Origin: Asterias rubens
Lineage: Eukaryota
Assembly: GCF_902459465.1 (NCBI RefSeq)
Contig: NC_047079.1
Location: 7,068,001-7,132,000 of the forward strand
Reading direction: 5' to 3'
Length of the DNA: 64,000 nt
In this document: in pieces, positions 1-12,571 of the stretch
Layout of the letters: each line of letters opens with the position of its first letter
Position numbering within the stretch: position 1 is the first letter of the stretch
Position numbers and translations under genes: made by a program
The notes under the pieces: model-generated
What the model was told of the DNA's origin: nothing
The model's input: the letters and a program-made list of their open reading frames with translations, nothing else
Databases searched by the model: none

Positions 1-30
1 GGCATGTAGGCATTAAAACACGCAAAATCC

Positions 31-144
31 TTCAGAGGGAGTCGTTTCTCACAACATTGTATACTATCAACAGCTCTCCTCTTGTCACCAAGTAATTTTT
101 TATGCTAACAATTATTTTGAGTAATTACCAAGTGTCCAGTGCCT
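31..144. mobile_element. Terminal fragment of Kolobok-like MITE family A
   Basis: Ends taattacca-agtgtccagtgcct then TTAA; matches the right end of the copies at 37698 and 48037. Confidence 0.75.
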
Positions 145-706
145 TTAAACGATGAGCCCCCATTGATAAGATTTAAATAAAATGTTCACTGATATTTACA
201 CACAGAGATCGTCATGACCAACTTCAGGTGGAGGTCACTGACCTATGTGTCAATCAAAAATGATATCAATTTAAAATTTGAATTTTGGATCTTCCTAAGT
301 CGAGTAAAAGTAGCAGATTCATCCGAATTGTAATTGATGTCCCATAAATCTTTTGATTCGTTAGGATGGTATGTGATTAAAATGTAGTTTCGCAACCTGT
401 CCTGCTTCATCAAGGTTCATGCGTCTTGCCCAAAACCTAGAGATGATTCAAAGTACAGTAATTTTCTAAGGTCAAGGGGAACTTATGAAAGATCTGTGAA
501 ATGTAAGTAGGAGGGCTAAAGGAAAGGGATTGACCGAATTTGAATTGTGAGAACCGGAACGAGAACTCGCTGATTTCCTCGTGTTTACTTTGTGGATGCT
601 TCATTTCCGCGCGAAAATTAATTTGGCAGAAAAAGTTGTCATAAATCACAGGCTGTAACCACCTTACGCACGTAGGCCTGTCAAATGCCAACCATACAGC
701 ACACTT

Positions 707-888
707 GGCTCAATTTCACAGAGCTTCTCCAGGCTCAACAAGTGTAGCTAAGCACAACAAAACTAAGCTTAGCAGAAAAAGGCTACCAACCAAACTATAA
801 TGTCACGTGTACAATTTGTGACTGGTTTCGTGCTCATTTCTCCGCTATTAAGCTGAAAGTTGTTAAGCGCTATTTTCTGTTGCAGCCC
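707..888. mobile_element. PIF/Harbinger-like MITE family C
   Basis: ggctcaatttcacagag start; body similar to the copies at 13354, 25383 and 53631. Confidence 0.55.
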
Positions 889-1268
889 TATTATTATTAT
901 TATTATTTTTTTTAGGGGGGGGTGGCTTGGTAGGCTGAGCTTTTCAGAGAAAGTATTCGCCCTGTGTTCTCTGTTATGATTGGCTACAGACTGTCCATCA
1001 GCATCTTCAAACCGTTACATGTTGCTCTGTAAAAGAGCGTTTTTATTTCGACCATAATTCCCCATATATAAATCTTATGCAAGAAACATAATAAACGCTG
1101 TGAGAACTGCATATTGTTGTAATAATTATCATGAGAAGTTCACTCGCCCCAACTCACCCTAAACGCTAAAACTAAAACCCAAATGACGGTCATTCTATTT
1201 AGGGACCCGTTTCTTGGTAGGAATCAATCCTCACTGTGACTGCCAGCCCGGGGTGATCATAACACATA

Positions 1269-1335
1269 ACCACGCCCCTGCATCCCTGGTTATGACGTCA
1301 TCGGCTGCCAATCAGCCGTCCGTCTCTCACTTCCT
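1269..1335. promoter_or_regulatory. Promoter-like motif cluster (GC/KLF box, CRE TGACGTCA, CCAAT, ETS core)
   Basis: accacgcccc 1269, tgacgtca 1293-1300, ccaatc 1308, cacttcc ~1328. No linked gene identified in the window. Confidence 0.4.
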
Positions 1336-2932
1336 TATTAAAATACAAAGATAAAGACTTCACGAAGTTGTCATCTTGAGGCCAATGCCCTCTTCTTAAA
1401 AGACACAGGTACAATCGAAACTTGTAAGCGTTTCCTTGTTACTTCCTCTATCAATATTTGGGTATAGTCTTTATTTGGGTTGAATAAATTAACATAAATT
1501 TACAGCCGAATGTGAATTATTCTTCTCTCCTTACATTTTAGAAACTAGCGACGTTATTCATTGGATTTAATCAAGTGTAGATAAGGAACGTAACAACCCA
1601 ATTTGAGTAAATCAAAGTTGGGCAGGTCCCACTCTGACTGAAAATTTAAATGTGTAGAAGTTGGGTCAGAAACAAAATGTCTGTTTGGACAAAGTTGGGT
1701 GTAATCAGCCGACCCTGTTGGGTCATCACAATATGAGTTTTTATATGAAATACGTATAATTAATGTATGTGCACTATGATAAAGTAAACATAATTATATT
1801 TAAACAAAGAATAATGGGTTAAATAAGTATTTACAATTCGTGATTTGTGCTTTGCGTATAGGAGTCGTTTAAAACTGCCAACTTTTAAAATAAATAATAA
1901 CTGATTCTACATCGGCTAAACTCAAGCTGCGTGTGGTTTGCCCCGACGGAAATCGTCCCTATAGAAAGGTGTATACTATGAGGTGAACTTACAAACAGTT
2001 ATTTCTAGCAATGGCTGTTCTTCTATATGATGATGATGAAAGACAAGGAGGCAGCATCGAGATGCACATGTCTGTTCGCATGTTGTGCTATGGGTGTGCA
2101 ATTTATATCTAGCCTACGGTTGAGTAAAAGTTCACTGTACCAAAATGATGAGTCTGGCCTATATATTTGGAATAGCATTACCAGGTGTGCGGGGGAAGAG
2201 TTTTAAGATGGGAAGTGGATCACAAAGGTGGCTACTTGGGGCAACGATAGGGGGTCAAGATTGATGGAGCCGGGTTTAAGCTACTCGTCTTACGCAGAAA
2301 AAGGCATTTAAGCTAACCGTATGTATCGGTTGATCGATATTGGTAGATTTTTTTCCACAAGGCAAAATTGTGCAAAAAAGCTATTTCGTTGTTCTGAATA
2401 CATTTCCCCCTTACCTCATCATTGCTCTTAAATAAAAAGTGTAGGTTTGAAATTTTGCACGGTGTAGATAAGATATAAAGTATTTTTGGTTTATACCAAC
2501 AGTTAACAAGTTATTTTGTTTCTAAAATGAGACCGTCCCTAGAGTTGTTTGATACAACCGATGCTTGTAGAGCCTCAGCTCAGAGAAAGATTGCATGGTG
2601 CACACTCTTAAGTTTTCACGTTGAATTTAAAGATACTGTGCCCCCCAACGAACTTTGTCCAACTTGTTATGCAAAACTATTTTGGCAAAAGTTTTGCCTT
2701 GCAGTATAAATTTATTTATTTAAATACTACTTTGCCATTTATCTATTTCATATCTTTGAGATTGACAAAGTAATGCCTTGCAGTGACTAGTTCATCTTTG
2801 AAATACTAGTAGATATTACACGTTTAGACCTTTTACCAAATCCCATACTTGAAAGCACTCGCTTGCCAAAGTTATGCATTTAAACTATTTTACATATTTG
2901 TAAAGAATACTTTACAAATTATGCATTGGAAA

Positions 2933-4606
2933 CTATTTCATCTCTGCCAACGAAGCGTACACAGTGGGCTCCTCCTTTGAGATTGGTCTCTCATTATGTT
3001 TGGATGGATTATTAATTAAATCCAAGTCAGCGTAAACAATTCCCTCCGCCTCAACCTTGGCCCACAAGTGACCCTCATCCCCGGGGGTCGAAGAGGCAGG
3101 TTCAGACGGTTTTGAGCTTCCGGTGGTACTTTTACAAGAGACCTCTTCATGTGGGGTTAAGTCTTTGATGCGGTCCTTATTGACTGAGGTATATATAGCC
3201 TCCTGTTGAGGTTCGTGAGGTGTCACCAAGTGCTCATTTTTACGATGAGGATCCACCGATGCATACACTACAGGGAGTTCCGGTTCTCTCGAGACCTGCC
3301 TGGTACTCATGGCGTATGGAATGGGTCTCTTTGGAGGCTTGTCACCGGTTCCCTTCACGGTCACATCCAGTTCTTTTGAGACCTGCCTCGTGCTCATCGC
3401 ATACGGGATGGGTTTCTTTGGAGGTTTGCCCCCACCAGTACCCTTCTTCTTGCTCTCTTTGTGGACGGAGGCGTAGACAACCCCGGTAGGTTTCTCGGGT
3501 GAGGCTTCGCTACTCCCACGGCGAGGTTGTACGGGCTCCGCGGGTGCAACCTGGTCACTCCCTTGCCGCATACTGAGCGCGTAAGGCACTGGCTTCTTGG
3601 GTGGTGGGGCGCTGCCGTTCTCCACAAGGTGCTGTTCTGGAGGTGGGTGAGAGGAGGGGATGGAACGTCCTAGGCTCCGTCGCATTTTAAACGGTGACAT
3701 TCCCAGCTTCCTGCGGCAAAGAATCAGCGCAGTTATTACACCGAGGAGGATCAGTACCAATATTACGATGACAACGGCGACAATAGTCCCGGTACTGGAG
3801 GACGCTTGCGGTGATGTCGTGGTCGTAAGTGTCGCTGCGAGGTCCTGGGTCACGGCGAGGTCCCGGGTCACGGCGACAGTAGACGGAGTTGTCACCGAGA
3901 GAGGACCAATCTGACAGCTGAGGGTCACATCTGAGAAGTCCACAGCCACGGACGAGCAGTTAAATGTCACTCCATCCTCAGCGGAGCTTACCGGTATCGT
4001 CAGCTGTGTTCCAGTGCCGTTGATCGGGACGCTGGACGGCCAGTCGAGGACGTCATAGGACTCTCCTGTAGAAACGGTGACCACGGCGGCCATCGCGTCC
4101 GACTCAACGGTGCACGAGATTGGGGTACCTGCGAGTAGAGACGCCGGACCTAAGGGTGAACAGGACGGGAAGATATCCGCTGGGTAGACGGTCATGGAAG
4201 CTTGTGCCGTAGAAATAACCGCAAATGTTTGATTATAGACCGTGCAGGTGTAAGTCCCGCTGAAGTCTTGGCTAGCCGGGGTTATAGTCAGAAGATGCAC
4301 TTCAGGTACCGTGTCTGGGCTCGAGGTGCTGATTACGCTCGTGGTATAACGCGGATTAGTGATTTGAGCGAGAAGCTTCCCGTTGAATGTTATAGTGTGG
4401 GTTTGGTTCCTCCAGCTTACAAGGTGGAATCCTGCCTGGAAACGGAGGATCTCACAGCGTAGCGACACCGCGTCACCCTCCCGGGGCTCGGCGGTAAACT
4501 CCGGCAGGACGCTGACGGTTGCTACCGCTGTTTGCGGGAGGACGTAAGGGGCAATGAAGATGATAAAACACAACACCCCGAAACGTACTTCAGATAAAAG
4601 GGCCAT
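2933..4606 (-). CDS. Ig-superfamily type I membrane receptor A (2 Ig domains, Thr-rich stalk, TM, ITIM/ITSM-rich tail), single coding exon, ~557 aa
   Basis: Uninterrupted ORF. The track start (4687) is a TTG; first ATG is 4606 (MALLSEVRFGVLCFIIF, signal peptide). V-type domain C...W...LTI..D.SGTYTC; second Ig domain PSCSPLG..C..C..CQIGPL; TM TIVAVVIVILVLILLGVITALIL then CRRK; tail has VVYASV x2, IVYADL, TVYASL. Confidence 0.9.
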   Translation of the reverse strand: MALLSEVRFGVLCFIIFIAPYVLPQTAVATVSVLPEFTAEPREGDAVSLRCEILRFQAGFHLVSWRNQTHTITFNGKLLAQITNPRYTTSVISTSSPDTVPEVHLLTITPASQDFSGTYTCTVYNQTFAVISTAQASMTVYPADIFPSCSPLGPASLLAGTPISCTVESDAMAAVVTVSTGESYDVLDWPSSVPINGTGTQLTIPVSSAEDGVTFNCSSVAVDFSDVTLSCQIGPLSVTTPSTVAVTRDLAVTQDLAATLTTTTSPQASSSTGTIVAVVIVILVLILLGVITALILCRRKLGMSPFKMRRSLGRSIPSSHPPPEQHLVENGSAPPPKKPVPYALSMRQGSDQVAPAEPVQPRRGSSEASPEKPTGVVYASVHKESKKKGTGGGKPPKKPIPYAMSTRQVSKELDVTVKGTGDKPPKRPIPYAMSTRQVSREPELPVVYASVDPHRKNEHLVTPHEPQQEAIYTSVNKDRIKDLTPHEEVSCKSTTGSSKPSEPASSTPGDEGHLWAKVEAEGIVYADLDLINNPSKHNERPISKEEPTVYASLAEMK

Positions 4607-5799
4607 GTCAACAAATGGCTCAATACAGTTAGCCTTACCCAGTGGTAGTTTTAATCCAAGCAAAAACGTACGTACATTGTTCAACACATTTGTACACAGT
4701 CATCGAAGTTTTCATTGAAGTCCTGCATTGCTGATCGGTGTTTCGAATTGTAATAAAACAGCATTCACTACACCAACACCGATCCTCAACAAAACTTTAA
4801 ATAATATTGGGACAATAAATATATTTCCTACACCTTGAAGATCCGAGTGAACAGTAACGTCCCCAATGTTTCTAAGGGTAATGTCTGCTGATTCTCAATT
4901 TGACAAAAAAGTCTTCAGAATGAAACAAAATATTCGTTTACTTCAGCTTTCCATCAGATTGTCACGATGAGACGGCTTCGGTTGGCCAAACTGCAGGGAT
5001 GTACCATGGAGCAATATGAACCAATACTCCCATGAATCAACACTCAATGTAAAGATTTCTCATGAAGCATCTCCTCACCTGTATATTTACAATCTTTATT
5101 TCCGCAATAAATAAACAATCTAATTCCATTTTCCAGTCCTCACACAGTCACAATCAGAGATTCGTATTCAAAGCTAGTCCTGACGTCATATAAATATCAA
5201 TTACACGATCGTCTCCCCACGGAGTGAATTGTTCCGACTAATCCTGACGGTCACAACACGGAAGAGCTGGTTTATTTCCGTCTTTTATTTCCGGGTTTTT
5301 GAAGTACGGATGGCAAGGTGTACGAAGAGCCTGCTGACCCATCCTAAAGATGATATTCTAGTTAGATCATTGTTAATACTCACTCAGCCAGAGTACTTCT
5401 GAACAAAACGCACTGGGAACTGGATACCATTTTGTTCTCATGCAAATGAACGAACGGCTCTTTTTAGAACCAACCCAAATCATATGGTGTTACCGCAAAC
5501 CTTACTACTATATAGTATTTCCACCATGCAAAGTTTGAACAAGAGAAGATTTCTGTTTGAATACTGGGGAAGTTGTTTTCACTTGAGCTTAGTTTTCAAG
5601 TGTAGATTCGCGCACCATAAACGGGCAAAAGTTGAATTCTTCCCGAGCAGGTTTATCACCCATGGCTGCAATATTGAAACCATTTGACCTTCAGATAACG
5701 TTACAATGCCATTGTGAATTATTTCCATTATTCACTCTTGGTGAGACAGCAGATTCATATACAGTTGTTTTGTCTCGAACCACACAATAATAATTTACA

Positions 5800-5890
5800 C
5801 TCCGGTAGATTTTTTGTCCACAGAACACGGTAAAGTAGCTGAGTAATACAGTGCTTAATACACATCGGTGTATAAGGGTAAAAACAATTT
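5800..5890 (+). mobile_element. SINE body fragment (same family as 21274)
   Basis: Shares ctgagt-atacagtgctt-atacacatcggt with 21385-21420. Confidence 0.5.
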
Positions 5891-7499
5891 TGTCCCGATC
5901 CATTGAAAAAATCTATTTAGACAATTTACATGATTTTGGGTTTAACACAGATTGATTCATATTTTATAAATAGTTCGCATGTCAAACACAATGCAGTCCC
6001 CCCCCAAAAAAAAAGAACATTGGGGGGGGGGGGGGGAGTTCCCCTTCACATAAAAATAGATCACTGTGTCTCAATTGAAGTTCAACCAAAGGACGAGAAA
6101 ATGCTCTGACAAAAAAGAAGATTGTTCACTCGGGTTATTGACTTGGAATTCTTTAAACATACTCCTAACTGGACATGACAGTAAAGACAAGCGATCTAAT
6201 TGAGCGAATAGGGCATTGACGCAGGGTCCTAATCATCCTTCATTAAGAGGACATCGAGGTTGACGAGTAATTGAGGTCGCTCCCCGCGAGGTATCTACAC
6301 ACAGCCAGGTGATCGAGTACACTTAGCCTTTTAGGGGTTTCCAGGGGTGGCCAAGGTCTATGGGGAGTTCCGGTTCAACTCCCGGTCAGGTTTTCTCTGT
6401 GGTCCTCATCAGATCGAGTAAGAGGTCGTGGGGAGTCTTCAGAATTTTCAAGGTACGATTTTGCAGCCACTTGTGATTTCGCGTACACAATGACAGTCGT
6501 GAATGTTGAAAGCTCCACCCCAATCATACTACTATTATTTTTTAAATAATAGTACAAAACTACATAAATGGAGAGGATAAAACACAACGCAACAAAAGGT
6601 ATAAGTAAATACTTGTCAGCAAAATACAAATCCTATAATAACACTGACAAACGAAGACGGTCGCACAGCCTTTGCGGACTATTTTGGTCTCATAAAAACA
6701 AATTGAAGAAAAGATGAGTTATTGCAGAAATCAAAAAGTTATCCTTACAGCTTGAATACTTGAGAAAATAGAATTAGCTGTTGGAAACAACTTACCAACC
6801 AAAAAGAAAAGGACCTATGGCATAAATGCAAAAGAAAGAAACATATAGTCATGTTTTGCACCTCTTTATCAGGTTGTGCACCTTTACTGCATCTTGATAA
6901 ACTTAACAGCTTAACATTCAAGGTTAAACTGTAGTCGGGTTTAGTACCCCCTCTCCACAGGTGTAAATTACCTATTCCTCTTGTCTCGTTGAGGGGGGGG
7001 GGGGAGTTGGCTAATCATAGTTTTGATACCCTGGATCCTTAGTGACAGGTGATTTGTGATTGACAGACAGCTAGGCCGCTGATACAAACAGGAAGACAGA
7101 TAATAAGCAAAGAAGCAGGTAGATTGACAGACAATAATTGCAATCGACAGAATCGAGACATCCGCCAGAAATGCGGCGTTTAGTGGCACCTGTAGCAGAG
7201 GGAAATGTGTATCTGCTATTTTCAGATTAAACGAATGCGTTATTTTTCTCATTGGATGTCTCATAATGTTGTTGGTTTATTTTCAAGATGAAATGCTGTC
7301 AATACTGATCGAAAAAAAGTTGAGAAAAGTAAATAATTGAACAAACACAAATAAATATTTTGTTTTAAGGTATGCAAGTTCGCCCACGCCAAACAGGGCC
7401 AAAAGCCACTATTGGTAAGGGGCTACAAGAAGGAATCTTCAGGTAAGCTAAAAGTTGGAGTTTTATCTTAAACAGTGTTATTGTGAAATATTAATTTAG

Positions 7500-7830
7500 A
7501 TTAAAAACAGCTCTGGGGAGCTAAAGGTATGACTTGATATTAAAACAGTCTAGATTGTAGGATGGAGGGAAACATGCATCAGACAAGGAGTTCTATTAAA
7601 AGAGAGAAACTCGAGAGAGCTGAAGGCAGGAATTGATATTCCTCTTAAAACAGTCTAGATTGTAGGATGGAGGGAAACATGCACCAGACAAGGAGTTCCA
7701 AAGAGATGTTACGTGGGTGGTTCTATGTTCCATCTCTGACAGCAAATGGAAAGTGTGTCGATGAGAAAAAGCAGAGAGCATGGTTTCACGCTCAAACATC
7801 CTGATAGGAGGAACCAGGTCGGACAATCAA
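7500..7830 (-). mobile_element. 3' fragment of CR1/L2-group LINE with duplicated 3' end
   Basis: Translation LWNSL...CFPPSYNLDCFKRNINS resembles a LINE ORF2 C-terminus; ~54 bp repeated at 7540 and 7645. Confidence 0.75.
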
Positions 7831-8810
7831 TAAATCGCCCAGGCACTTGTTTCTTTTGACACACCTTAATTCTGGGCCATAACGATAGCATATTGTATGT
7901 TTGCTTATTGGTTCAAAGTTCGACCTCGCCCAAAATTATACCAATGTGTGGCTGCTGCTAATGACGCTGATGTGGGCCTACATTTAAATCGTCCCCTCCG
8001 ACACCCCCCTCTCCCTACCCTGGACCACCCCGCTCCACATGAGCAGTGACAGCAACTGTCTACCATGACGAACCCCCACATGATGTCGGTATGGGAAACG
8101 GGGCCTTTGCGAGAATCCGTTACTTTGACATATTATAAACCGCCAAGCCGAGCATGTGCTCGTTCGCAGTAACAGGTGCTCTGGGGGATCGATCCAACGC
8201 GACCATCTCTTCCTGGGAGCAAATTGCCCCCCGTTATTAGTCACGTCGGGACGGGTGGCAAATGTTACACTACGAGCCTAATCCAGTGATGAAAGAACAT
8301 TTGAATGTTCTGTCAACAGATGAACAAATATCCCATAAGGCCAGCCTTCCACATTATGACCTCGATATCGACATAATTACCAAAATGTATCAGAGGATAA
8401 GTATTATGAAATCCTCTGAACTGGTGATGATTAATTGCAAAGTGTTTTTGACAACAGCGTTATTGAAAACCTCCGTCCGTGCCAAGTATTGTAGGTTACA
8501 GACGAGTAAGGAGGGGACTGTCAAAAATAAACTCTAAGCTTTACCGGGTTTTACATGTGACCCTGATCAAAAAGAGAAGATGCTCGACCCTGCGCATGAC
8601 ACGTTTCAGGGCCAACATTATTGGAGCCTTCGTTAGGATACAGCAATTTGAGAAACATTTAACTTAAAAGTAATGTGGTTATATAAAAACGAAGTGTCCC
8701 CCCCCCACTCAAATGTTATTCTGAGAAGCGTGACTGTCAGTAATGGTTCTCATATTGTGTGTTCCTATTTGTGATTATTCTTCCTGAGTGGCGAAATCGC
8801 TCCACGTTAA

Positions 8811-9191
8811 AGGAACACGTTGCCTTGGATCGGTCGAGTTGGTCTTTGAAAAGCGTCTTGTAACCGTTTGTTATCAAATCGATATGGTTAAAAAGATGTT
8901 GTAAAAGCAGAATACAATGATCTACACAAATATGCCTCGAAATTGCGTGGTTTTCGTTTTACCTCGTCGACAAACACGGTCGGCCATTTATGGGAGTCAA
9001 CATTTGACTCCCATAAATGGCCGACCGTGTTAGTTCGCGACGTAAAATGAAAACCGTGCAATTTTGAGTGATACTTGTGTGGATCAATATATTCTACTTT
9101 TAAAACATCTTTCTAACCATATCATTTCATAACAAACGGTTTCAAACGCTTTTCAAAGACCAACTCGTCCGATCCAAGGCAACGTGTTCCT
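8811..9191. mobile_element. Fold-back (whole-element palindrome) MITE with TTAA target duplication, Kolobok-like
   Basis: TTAA 8807-10 and 9192-95; ends aggaacacgttgccttggatcgg / ccgatccaaggcaacgtgttcct; imperfect inverted symmetry runs to the centre near 9001-9003. Confidence 0.9.
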
Positions 9192-10182
9192 TTAAGGAAA
9201 ATATACATGTTTCTCTGCTATCTAAAATAGGTGTCTAGCTAGTTTTTCAACACTATAAAGCTTCCCAAAAAGAGCCAATCTCCAACAACCAATAAAATTC
9301 CCTCTACCATGCACCATATTAATCCGGACCTCCGTCCACCTTTCCCCAGTGACTACACCCGATAAATCAAGGCCAAGTCCGACCCACATCTCGTTTAAGG
9401 GATATCCACACTTCCCCTAGTTTGCATTTCCAATTTCCAGGAGGGAACTAAAGAAAAATTGTATCAATATTTTGGCAGTATGTTTTGGCGCTCAGTTTCT
9501 TGTCAGTCACCCAGTGACTAATATAAAGTGACATTTTAAAACTACTTTTATGACATAATTGAAGCTATGCTTGTACAATTATTCTGACCACGTGTTGGGG
9601 ATGGAGTTTGTCCATCATACATTTCCCAGCAGATTATGACATGTTCTCTAACTTGGTAAATATAACTTCATTACTTCTGATATTTCTTTAAGTGTGTTCT
9701 TCTTAATGCTTTGTTTCCGTTTGAGTTGGTAGTATCGGCAGAGATTTTTTTAGGCGAATATAGATATCCGGTGTTGATTGTACGCCGGGTGCTTAAAGCA
9801 ACATTTTGTGGTGCTTTTCTCAGATTTTGATGACCTTGGTCTTAAAGCAAGCTCAAGATCAGCATTGACTGCGATAAGATTTTGTTTATGAGTGCAAGGA
9901 AGAGAAACAAGTGCAAGGAACAACGAAATCCTAATAATGCGTCCGCTGTCAACTAAGTCCAACCAAAACCTTTTGGATTGCTTGCGTGTGAATTGTAAAT
10001 CTTTTAATTAATGAAAAATGAATAATATATATTGATTAATCTATAAGAGTAACCTAGGCTTTGTGTTCAATTAGGCTGACCGGATTTCCCCTCACGCCCC
10101 CCTGAAGGGAGTTGGCAGAGGCAGCTGGGTAAGCTCTCTAGGTACTGTCCCACCGGGGGTTTCAGTAATAATTACGTTTAGT

Positions 10183-10340
10183 GTCGTGTCGAGGCCGATC
10201 GGTCAACCGCACTGGGCTCAATCTATGGTGTTTCTGATCAGCAGAGTGTAGGTTTGAGTCCCGGTCTTGACACCTAAGTCCTTTATCCTTCGGTCGGGAC
10301 GAACAGCCGTGGGTCCCGTGTGCACGTAACACCGTGTGTA
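10183..10340 (+). mobile_element. tRNA-derived SINE
   Basis: Degenerate A box, B-box-like ggtttgagtcccgg, then a SINE-like body; no acceptor stem. Confidence 0.6.
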
Positions 10341-11993
10341 ACTAGCCGCGCATCTTCTCTATCCGTTAAAATAATTTTAGATAATGCATCAAACCTTTTT
10401 TGCTAAGTTTTTATAACAATCAAAAGTTTAAGGAAGCGATTTTTCCCGAGTCACCATGTTTTATTTGGTCTGAAACCAAACCGTCCGTTAACACTCCAAG
10501 CCAAAACTGCAGACCTAAAAGCATAACAATTACCAACAACAATTCTAATTACAGAATTCCGTTACGGTGTCCCAATTAGAGATCTTTGCCCATCCGTAGT
10601 CTATTCTAGACATGTCTGTAATCCGCCTGCCAAAATGAGTTAGGGAATCAGACCATCTGCATGAAGACCCCGGCTTATCAAAAGTCCGGTGTATGTGTTT
10701 CAAGCCTCACCTGGCCGTCGTGTTCCCCTAACCTTCCCCCATTTGTTATTGACCGTTATGGGTTCAAGGCACCCGCGCTTCCACGAGGACGCTTGCAAAC
10801 CGCTCCCCACAACCCGGAAATGTTGCAGTTTGTAAATTAGGGAGTTTCAAAAGGCAATAACAATTTCTGCATGTAAACAAGACAATAATGTAAAAGAATT
10901 AGTGTCTGCAAGTTGTGGGAAACTGGATGTGGTTCATTCATAGGGTTTTCGAAGTAAAGCAATATAGAAACTCTCATTCAACGCTTTGGATACAAGATTA
11001 TAAAATGAAATCATTTGACGTTCGTATGTTATACATATGGCTGATAGGCTTACAAGGAAATGTGTAGGCCTAGTCTTCTTTCCAATTCTGTATGTTGTTA
11101 AGTATAAGCCTTTGGAGAAATATGATTATTTCTAACATCTTTATTTGATATTTGTTCAATGAGAACAATGCAATAAGAAAAGCCATGAATCAACAACAGA
11201 ACATCTCAAGATCTTCAGTACAGAATTTCAAACATAAAATGTTTTGACGATTTGTCAACTCGGTTGAATCTAATACTCGCAAACATCGTCGTTGAAATGA
11301 TTATTTCCTGGGGTAAAGACAGTCATCTTGGAAAGAAGTAGTCAGTCCCGGTTTGATTGAGGGAGCAGCACCCCGACCCATCTCTCAAACGTTGCTATGC
11401 ATGGACAGCCAGTCCTTGATCGAAGTAAACACAGGGGGTTCCCCTCCTATTATCCACAGAGCACCAAACAATCAAGGTACGCTGTCAGACTCATCAGCAG
11501 TGTCTTCAAAAAGGTGCTTCAAATATAAAGAAACTTTCTAAGAAATGCACTGATTGAAAACTACCTGTAGGATATTTGATAATGAGTTGGTGGTGACACA
11601 CCACATATTCACCGGGGAAATAATCCCGTCGTCTTGGGGGTAACGCTATCGCAAAACCCTATGCACGAGGCTGTTCCGTCTTTGATAGAAATTACTCTGG
11701 GCATATTATATCCCTGTGCTCATTAAAATTTATTTATATCTTTCTTGGAGGGAAAGGTAAGACATTGCGATGACTTCTGATGGAGTTGTGTATAATGTTA
11801 TAGTTCATTGGTTTAGATTGTTTTCTATACACACATCTGAAAACAATATGTCTATAGGCCTACTGATTGAGGTGTTCAGATGTGGTGAAACTCACCACCT
11901 CAGTCACCATGACCGCGACCTCTGCGTCCCAATTGACCTTGTATAAAAACTATGTTGACAAACAAAAATAACCTTGCATGGCATTTCCTTTAA

Positions 11994-12300
11994 AGGCAGT
12001 GGGCACGATGGGTTATTACTCAAAATAATTAATAGCACAGGTAAGAGTAATGGGGAGAGGTTGATAGTAAAAAAAACATTGTGAGAAACGGCTCCCCCAG
12101 AAGTGAATTAGTTTTCGAGAACAAAGTAATTTTCATCGAACTTAATTTCGAGACCTCAGATTTAGAATTTGAGGTCTCGAAATCAAGCATCTGAAAGCAC
12201 ACAACTGCGTGTGACAAGGGTGTTTTTTTCTGTCATAGTAATCTCGTAAATCCGACGACCATCAAGTTCAAATTTTCACAGCTTTTTGTTGTTGTCATGC
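11994..12300. mobile_element. Truncated Kolobok-like MITE family A
   Basis: TTAA then aggcagtgg; internal hairpin tttcgagacctc...gaggtctcgaaa; same orientation as the 49073 copy. Confidence 0.8.
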
Positions 12301-12571
12301 ATCTCACCACCTCAGTCACCATGACCGCCATACGTCCCATTTGACCTTGTATAAAACCTATGTTGCATGGCATTTCCTTTAAGACTAAACTTGTCATTAT
12401 AGTTATAAGAAACGTTGTACATTGAAATCATAATCGCGACAAAAATAACACCTACACGAGGGGCGAAATAAAAGTTCATAAAAAAAAAAAAAATCGTAGA
12501 GTGCAATCTCCACGGGAACGTAGACTTTACGCAGTCCTCCATTGAGCTGATTGTGCCTGCAGGAAGTCCAG

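Noticed and set aside
437-691. 84-aa ORF
   Set aside because: Non-ATG start next to a MITE, with no domain features.
8591-8645. Further hammerhead-like motif on the minus strand, with a nearby plus-strand ORF faintly like Penelope RT
   Set aside because: G5 is mutated, extra bases precede GAAAC and stem I is out of register; the protein similarity is too weak to support.
11160-11580. Coding-like composition; similar patches at ~18300-18580 and ~20040-20340
   Set aside because: Minus-strand frames translated at 11160-11580 and 20040-20340 are broken by stops, the listed ORFs elsewhere are short, and none resembles Ig domains or a known family; a further pseudogene cannot be supported.
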